Assembly (NCBI GenBank): GCA_044892525.1
Contig: CM097885.1
Span: forward strand, 35,032,001 to 35,096,000
Direction: 5' to 3'
Length of the DNA: 64,000 nucleotides
Source of the DNA: Schmidtea polychroa
Taxonomy: Eukaryota
Part shown: in pieces, positions 58,248 through 64,000 of the stretch
Layout: the number at the start of each line of letters is the position of its first letter
Position numbering within the stretch: position 1 is the stretch's first letter
Made by a program: the position numbers and the translations under genes
The notes under the pieces: generated by a model
Databases searched by the model: none
What the model saw: only the letters and a program-made list of their open reading frames with translations
Told to the model about the DNA's origin: nothing

Positions 58248-59076
58248 TTGTATATTTATTAAATTTATCTTTTGAAATTATTCCTTGTTTTAATAATTCT
58301 TTAGAAATCTTTAAAATATCAGAATCTAAATTATTATGTCCTGCTTTTTTAGTTGCTAATAGTTTTCTCAATTCTATAAACTTAGAGATTGGATCTAGCC
58401 CCTCACCTTCTTTAACAATATAACCCCTTTCATTTTTATTTAAATAATTCTTTAAATCTTGAATATGTTTTGCTTTTGGACTACCACCTACTAATTTTAT
58501 AAAATTTAAATATTTTTCAATTTCTTTAATATCATCTGAAGGATATCCACAAATTAATCTATAAAAATCATCTCTAAATTCAAAGTCTAAATATTCATTA
58601 TTATAAACATTTTGTGAATGAATATGTGATTTATTTTCTGGAGTTATATATAAAGTAAAGTTTTGTTTATTAATTGTTATTATTTGATATCCTTCAGTAT
58701 TAGTATTAAATGTGGGTTTAATTGTTTCACTTAAACCCTCTCTAATTTTAGGATCAACTTTAAGAGGTTTTGTTTTTAAAAACATTTCTTCTTCTTCCAC
58801 ATTAGAGGTTCTTCTACGTTTTCCTTGATTTCTTTCGGCAGACTTTTCGGTATGCCACTCCAATTCTTTAGTCCTTGGACTCTGTCCTTCCAGCTCTTTA
58901 GTCCTTGGACTCTGTCCTTCTAATCCTTTTATAGCTTTAATTGTTGGTTGTTGTTTTTGTGTCATTTCTTCATTTGCTGTTATAGATTCACTATGTTGGG
59001 TTGTATCTTTTATATTATACTTATCTTGTTCTGATTGTAATTTTTTTAAAAGTGCTAATCTTTCTTCATATACCAT
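58240..59076 (-). CDS. Conserved Polinton-type protein of unknown function (likely virion-associated)
   Basis: C-terminal GEGLDP..ELRKLLATKKAGHNN..ILKISKELLKQGII motif; duplicated LEGQSPRTKE; start placed at TATAAAATG. Confidence 0.65.
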   Translation of the reverse strand: MVYEERLALLKKLQSEQDKYNIKDTTQHSESITANEEMTQKQQPTIKAIKGLEGQSPRTKELEGQSPRTKELEWHTEKSAERNQGKRRRTSNVEEEEMFLKTKPLKVDPKIREGLSETIKPTFNTNTEGYQIITINKQNFTLYITPENKSHIHSQNVYNNEYLDFEFRDDFYRLICGYPSDDIKEIEKYLNFIKLVGGSPKAKHIQDLKNYLNKNERGYIVKEGEGLDPISKFIELRKLLATKKAGHNNLDSDILKISKELLKQGIISKDKFNKYTND

Positions 59077-59077
59077 T

Positions 59078-59641
59078 TTATATACCATCAATGTACCATT
59101 CTTCTTCTTCTTCAGATTCTGATTCAAAAAGTTGTAAATATAAACCTTTACCATTTTTAAGTTTACAAAGGCATCCTTTCTTCAAAGATTTACACATTTT
59201 TTTAAAATCATCTTTATCTTTTGAAGATAAAGATTCAGATGTAGAAATTTGATTTTTTAAAAAATCATTTAAACCTCTACCTTTATATGGATCGAGATAT
59301 AAACCTCGACCTTTATAAGGATTGAGATATAAACCCTTACCCTTCTTTTTCATTGAATCGATTTCAGTTTGTAATTTTTCTTTTTCTAGGTCTGTCTTTT
59401 GAGATTCTTTAGCTTTTTGAACTGTATTTGCAATTCCTCCAGCTATTCCAGCAGCACCTGATAAACCTGCAATGATTGCAGGTATTAAAGCCATTAGGGG
59501 AAGAATGCCACCTTGCTTCATCTGTCTCTCTTTAACTTGTTCTTTTACATGTTTTCCAATAAAATATTTTTTACCATCAATTACAACTGATTTATTTTTA
59601 TTTGAATTTATTAATTCTTGTAAAGATTCTTCAGTTGTCAT
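59078..59641 (-). CDS. Core/membrane-active precursor protein (adenovirus pX/pVI-like organisation)
   Basis: KQGG|ILPLMALIPAIIAGLSGAAGIAGGIA and four G(K/R)GL repeats. Confidence 0.65.
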   Translation of the reverse strand: MTTEESLQELINSNKNKSVVIDGKKYFIGKHVKEQVKERQMKQGGILPLMALIPAIIAGLSGAAGIAGGIANTVQKAKESQKTDLEKEKLQTEIDSMKKKGKGLYLNPYKGRGLYLDPYKGRGLNDFLKNQISTSESLSSKDKDDFKKMCKSLKKGCLCKLKNGKGLYLQLFESESEEEEEWYIDGI

Positions 59642-59657
59642 TTTATAATAAATAAAA

Positions 59658-60441
59658 ATGGATACTTGGAAACCAATTTTAACTCGGCACAAGAGTAAAT
59701 TTAATAATAAATTATTTCCTGATAATTTTAGATTATTAATCGTTGGGTCTTCAGGATGTGGAAAGAATGTACTTCTTTTGAGAATATTACTAGAAGAATG
59801 TTTTTTAGATTATAATAATTTAATCTTTTATTCTACAACCATAAATCAACCAGAGTTACAACTTTTGAAATGTGGATTTGAAAATAAATTAACTAAAAAA
59901 GCTATAATTGATATTTTTAAAAATCAACATAGATGTCCTGACGAGGTTTTTCAACCTTTTGATATGATTGATTGGTATAAGGAAAAGATTTTAGAATCAG
60001 ATATTGATAATAAAAGTGATTACATTTCTGAGAATGAATGGATTAAAGTTTTATTCTCTAATAAACCTAAAGATGTTTTACATTGTGATTTACTTCCTAA
60101 AGATGTAAAGAATCTAGTTATATTCGATGATGTTGTTAATATGAAAAACCAAGAGATTCAAAATAGTTACTTTACACGAGGTCGACATAATAATTGTAAT
60201 GTTATTTATATTTCTCAAACTTATTATGCTTTAGATAAAAATTCAATAAGAAATAATTCCAATTGTTTTATATTTAAAATTAGAAAAGCGTGATAAGAAT
60301 ATGATTTATAGTGATTTATTTTCAAATGTTGAACCTGATAAGCAAATGTTTGATATGTTTGTAGATAATCATTGGAAAGAAAAATATAATTATATTTATT
60401 TGGATAGAGAAGAAGGAGAAATATGGAAATGTTTATTTTAG
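59658..60441 (+). pseudogene. A32/FtsK-HerA packaging ATPase, frameshifted near 60278
   Basis: Walker A GSSGCGKN, Walker B LVIFDD, RGRH..IYISQ; the C-terminus continues in another frame to TAG 60441. Confidence 0.9.
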
Positions 60442-61794
60442 AAATCTGTTTTCTGTAGTTCATTATTATAAAATCTACCTAATATTTTTTTCATTATTTA
60501 AATCAATGATGCTATATGTTATTGGAATTGTATAATGTATTTTATTTATAATAAAAATTTCATTTGTCCATTTTGCTGTGAATCCTTTTTCAAATTTATT
60601 TTTATATTTAAATATTCTTACTCGGTCACCAATTTTAAACTTTGGTTTTTCATTTACCACTTTAGCGGTTTCAGGATTTATAAGTTTTAAAGGATTCAAG
60701 GAAGCATTTAAAGGTGTTGATTTTATAGAACTATGTACATCATTATTATATTCATTTACAATCTTTTGTAACAATTCATTGTTCCATTTTTGTTTTCCAA
60801 TAGCAGTAAAATATTTCCACATTTTATTTTTTAATGTTCTATTTAATCTTTCAACTACAACTGCTTTTCCTTCATTTTCTGTTGAATATAATTTAATATC
60901 ATTTTCATTTAAAAACTTTGTAAAAACTTTGTTATAAAATTCTGTTCCTTTATCGCACCATAAATATTTTGGAATTCTTTGATGTTCTTCAAATATATTT
61001 TCAAATGCTTCTGTAATAGAATATCCTGTTTTGGTTTCTAAACATCTTGCAAAAGCAAATCTCGTATATAAATCTATTACTGTTAAAATTATTTTATATT
61101 TTTCAGGGTCTGATGATTTGGTTGGCATAAAGACTAAATCAGCAGACCAAGTATGATCTTTTTCATGTACTTGAACTTTTAAATATTTTTTATTTTTTCT
61201 AAATTCATGGTGTAATTCGTTGGCATATTTTATTTGTGATTCTGTTGGGGTTTTTTAATTTGTAGAATCAAGGGTGTGATTCTCAATATCTGCTTGTTCA
61301 ATAATCTTTTTATTAGCAACATCTTTTGCTATTCTAGGAAGTCCTGCTCCAAAGAAGATCTTACCTTTCATTGCTAATTTAACTAGAGCTCTTTGAATCT
61401 TTTCTTGGGTTGATGGGTTTTGAATACTATTTAAATCATGTATTAAATTAACATCTGCAAGATGTCTATCCCTAAGGTCTTCAGAATAATAAGCAATATC
61501 ATGTTTTAAAGCTGCTTGATCAATTCTATTCACTGGTTCTTCTCCAGGTTTGGGATTATTATTTTCATCTAATCTAAGGTCTAGACGTGTTCCTGGTCCA
61601 GTATAGTTGTGATGGAATAAATGTCTTTCACCTGGATATTTTTCAGTAGTAAAGGGTTTTAATATTGAAGATGTTGTTTTTGAAGATTGAAGGTCTCCTC
61701 CCACTCGAGATGTATGTTTTTTAGTTTTAACATGACTTGCTTTATGATGTTTTCTAACTTGACAATTACAAATTTCACATTTTCAATAAGACAT
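60438..61794 (-). pseudogene. Zinc finger-phospholipase A2-retroviral-like DDE integrase, in one reading frame
   Basis: ATG 61794, CEIC..H..H; NYTGPGT..DQAALKHDIAY (parvovirus VP1u-type PLA2); ELH..WSADL..WCDKGTEF..VERLNRTLK; stops at codon 4 and 61255-61257; frameshift near 60485. Confidence 0.88.
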
Positions 61795-61810
61795 TTTTAA
61801 AAGTTAAAAA

Positions 61811-63082
61811 CTATGAATCGCCTCGTACATTTTCAATTATTGAAATCTTTCCACCATATAATTTCATTTCTATTTTCTTTTCTTCTAATATTAATGTATA
61901 TATTTTTGCTTTAAAATTAGAATTCTTTGTTATATGAAGTGTAACATCAACATTATTTATAGCTAGACGATCGTCTTGATCTGATACATTTATACAAAAT
62001 ATAGAATATAAATTTTTGAAATCTTCTAAACTTAATTGTGGTTCAACTTTAAAATCATAACATGTTTCAATATAATTTAGATATGGGAATATGTTTTCAT
62101 TATTTTCAATATTAAATTCCATTCTATTTATTGGATAATAAGAACTATTTAATTGAATTTGTATTGATTTTAAATTATCATCTCCAATCTTTTGAATAAA
62201 CAAGTTGTTATTTTTTTGGAAAGATGAATCTACTTCTTTGAATCCAATCAAGATATATCTTGGTCGGTATGCTAAATTTGCTACCTTTATAGAATATGTT
62301 GAACCCTCTGTCATACTAAATTCACTACAGACTCTATTTAAATAATTTACATTTATAGATTTGTTGGAATTTAATCTTTCAAGGAGTTTAATTTCAGATT
62401 GAGGATTTAAAGTGCATTCAGGTATATGTAATTCAAGTGTTGATAATTTTAATTTAGCTTTTGTATCTACACCTCCATAGAACAATTTCTTATCACCTTC
62501 TAGTCTATTACAGGTTAATTTTATAAAAACATTATGAAGTATACGATTATAGTTTTGAAGGAATCCAAATAAGTGTTTTAATTCAAAATAACCTTCAAAT
62601 TTTTTAGATTTATAAAGTTCAACTCTTTTATAATAACCATAATTTATATCTAAACCATCTTTATCTAAATCTCCTTTATTAGTATCAGGAATCCAACCTG
62701 TTAATTCACCATATTCATTTTTATAATCACAACCAGTTAAAATAAAATTTAACATTGTAGAATATACTCCTGGATGTAAAACAGTTTCAATTTCTGATGA
62801 TCCTAGTTTTAATCTCATGTTGGAGAATAAATTTGGAAAGAAATTATTTTCTAGGGTTATATCTTTGTTTGCTTCAATTTCTAATTCAATTTTATAATAT
62901 AATTTAGCATTACAAATATCTATTGGGTTTGATGTTTGAAGAGATTGAAAAACTATATCTCCCCTACGATTTAAGTTTGCAATAGATCCCGAGGTTGGAG
63001 AGATTTTTAAAATATCAATTTTTTTAATTTCATGCATAAATTCTTTATTGTAATCAAGATTTAATTTATTTTTATTACTCAT
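61811..63082 (-). CDS. Major capsid protein (double jelly roll), intact 423 aa
   Basis: LENNFFPNLFSNMRLKLGSSEIE, LKHLFGF, RPRYILIGF, YPINRMEFN, YSIFCINVS; size and position match Polinton MCP. Confidence 0.85.
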   Translation of the reverse strand: MSNKNKLNLDYNKEFMHEIKKIDILKISPTSGSIANLNRRGDIVFQSLQTSNPIDICNAKLYYKIELEIEANKDITLENNFFPNLFSNMRLKLGSSEIETVLHPGVYSTMLNFILTGCDYKNEYGELTGWIPDTNKGDLDKDGLDINYGYYKRVELYKSKKFEGYFELKHLFGFLQNYNRILHNVFIKLTCNRLEGDKKLFYGGVDTKAKLKLSTLELHIPECTLNPQSEIKLLERLNSNKSINVNYLNRVCSEFSMTEGSTYSIKVANLAYRPRYILIGFKEVDSSFQKNNNLFIQKIGDDNLKSIQIQLNSSYYPINRMEFNIENNENIFPYLNYIETCYDFKVEPQLSLEDFKNLYSIFCINVSDQDDRLAINNVDVTLHITKNSNFKAKIYTLILEEKKIEMKLYGGKISIIENVRGDS

Positions 63083-63143
63083 TTTTTATATTACTAAATT
63101 AGCAATTGCGCAGCTTGCTAGTTTTTAAGATTTAAAATTTTTA

Positions 63144-63773
63144 GAATTTTATAAATATAAAATTTTAAAAAATGACAAAAATCCGAACCCTAATAGCGCA
63201 GTGGGAATAGACTGGCACAGTGGTTCAAATGGATAGTGGTTCCCAACTGACATTATTTTTTTTCAACATAAAATAATATTAAAAATTTGAAAATAATTTT
63301 TGAAAATAATTTTGAAAATAGTGTGGGTATCTTGTATATTTTATTTTTTTATTAATTAATTAATTTTTAAACATAAATATGAAAAAAAAATTATTGAAAC
63401 GGGTGTGGTGGCGAACCGGTAATTATCGCCACCAGTCTTTCGAACACACCCGGATCGATCCCATAATGTGCACATTTATTTCTCAGTTGTTTTCGGACCT
63501 CTTTCGGATTCGCTTTCGAATTTATTTGTACTTTCGAGCAGCACGCTTAAAACAAAGAAGCGAATAATAAGGTGTGCTGCTATTATCAAATTGATTCTGA
63601 TGTATGAGTCTGGCCAGCTTGTATGTTGGAAGAGATTTGATAAACGAAAGAGGTTGAAATTGATCCGGATCAAAAAACTGTTGAGAGGACAGTGAAAAAA
63701 AAACAAATACTCTCAGTCCTCTCAGAGCAGTTTTACTATTTCATAAATTTTTTTATTCTTCAAGGCATCAAGA
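63144..63773. other. ~630-bp segment flanked by a perfect 19-bp direct repeat (probable secondary insertion)
   Basis: TTAAGATTTAAAATTTTTA at 63125-63143 and 63774-63792. Confidence 0.55.
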
Positions 63774-63803
63774 TTAAGATTTAAAATTTTTATAGTTTTT
63801 TAT

Positions 63804-64000
63804 AGTAGTGGATGTATGGCCTTCACGGACGTAACCTTTTTCCGCGGTTCCCTGTCAAGGGGATGGGGGGATTACAGATTTGGGTTGGTAAATTAGGGGT
63901 TTTTATGAATAAAAGATGTAAAAATAAAGGGTTAAAAAGATGGAAATGTTTAAAATTTATTAGGTTTTGAGACGGGCGTCCGAGGGTGGGTTGGGTCCGT
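63804..64000. repeat. Probable right terminal unit, truncated by the window edge
   Basis: Begins AGTAGTGGATGTATGGCCTTCACGGAC; the window ends GTCCGT, the first 6 nt of its reverse complement; the interior mirrors the left unit (GGGTTAAAAAGAT..GTTTAAAA, CCTTTTTCC). Confidence 0.7.

Larger units (their letters stand above)
49761..64000. mobile_element. Endogenous Polinton/Maverick (adintovirus-like) element, ~14.3 kb; right end runs just past the window
   Basis: AGTAGT start; densely packed intronless genes for pPolB, ATPase, protease, integrase, and major and minor capsid proteins. Confidence 0.95.

Noticed and set aside
61811..63082. Intact MCP as evidence of host domestication
   Set aside because: At roughly one lesion per kb in neighbouring genes, an unbroken 1.3-kb ORF is plausible by chance; dN/dS across orthologous loci would be needed
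63190..63250. tRNA or VA-like RNA gene
   Set aside because: A-box-like 11-mers are present, but the B-box is imperfect and too close and I see no cloverleaf

Overview
Very AT-rich eukaryotic DNA with ~45-50 nt GT-AG introns, long (AAT)n/(TA)n microsatellites and dense transposon debris. The style suggests an invertebrate such as a planarian, but that is inference only. Positions 1-49.7 kb hold four spliced 3' exons of a TPR-repeat host gene, an intron-containing IS630/Tc1-type element with two further relics of a related transposase, many hAT/piggyBac/pogo MITEs with target-site duplications, a non-autonomous Helitron, several Penelope-like (RT + GIY-YIG) fragments and two minimal hammerhead ribozyme motifs. 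Positions 49.76-64 kb hold a ~14.3 kb endogenous Polinton/Maverick (adintovirus-like) virus with protein-primed PolB, packaging ATPase, adenain-like protease, major and minor capsid proteins, a fibre-like protein, a core protein, a membrane protein with adjacent YPxL and PSAP late-domain motifs, and a single-frame zinc finger-PLA2-integrase polyprotein. Most of its enzymes are disrupted. Its most unusual feature is the ends. The left end is a 216-bp unit bounded by its own perfect 27-bp AGTAGT..ACTACT inverted repeat. The right end appears to be a similarly built unit with a different repeat sequence, cut off by the window edge, rather than a copy of the left end.
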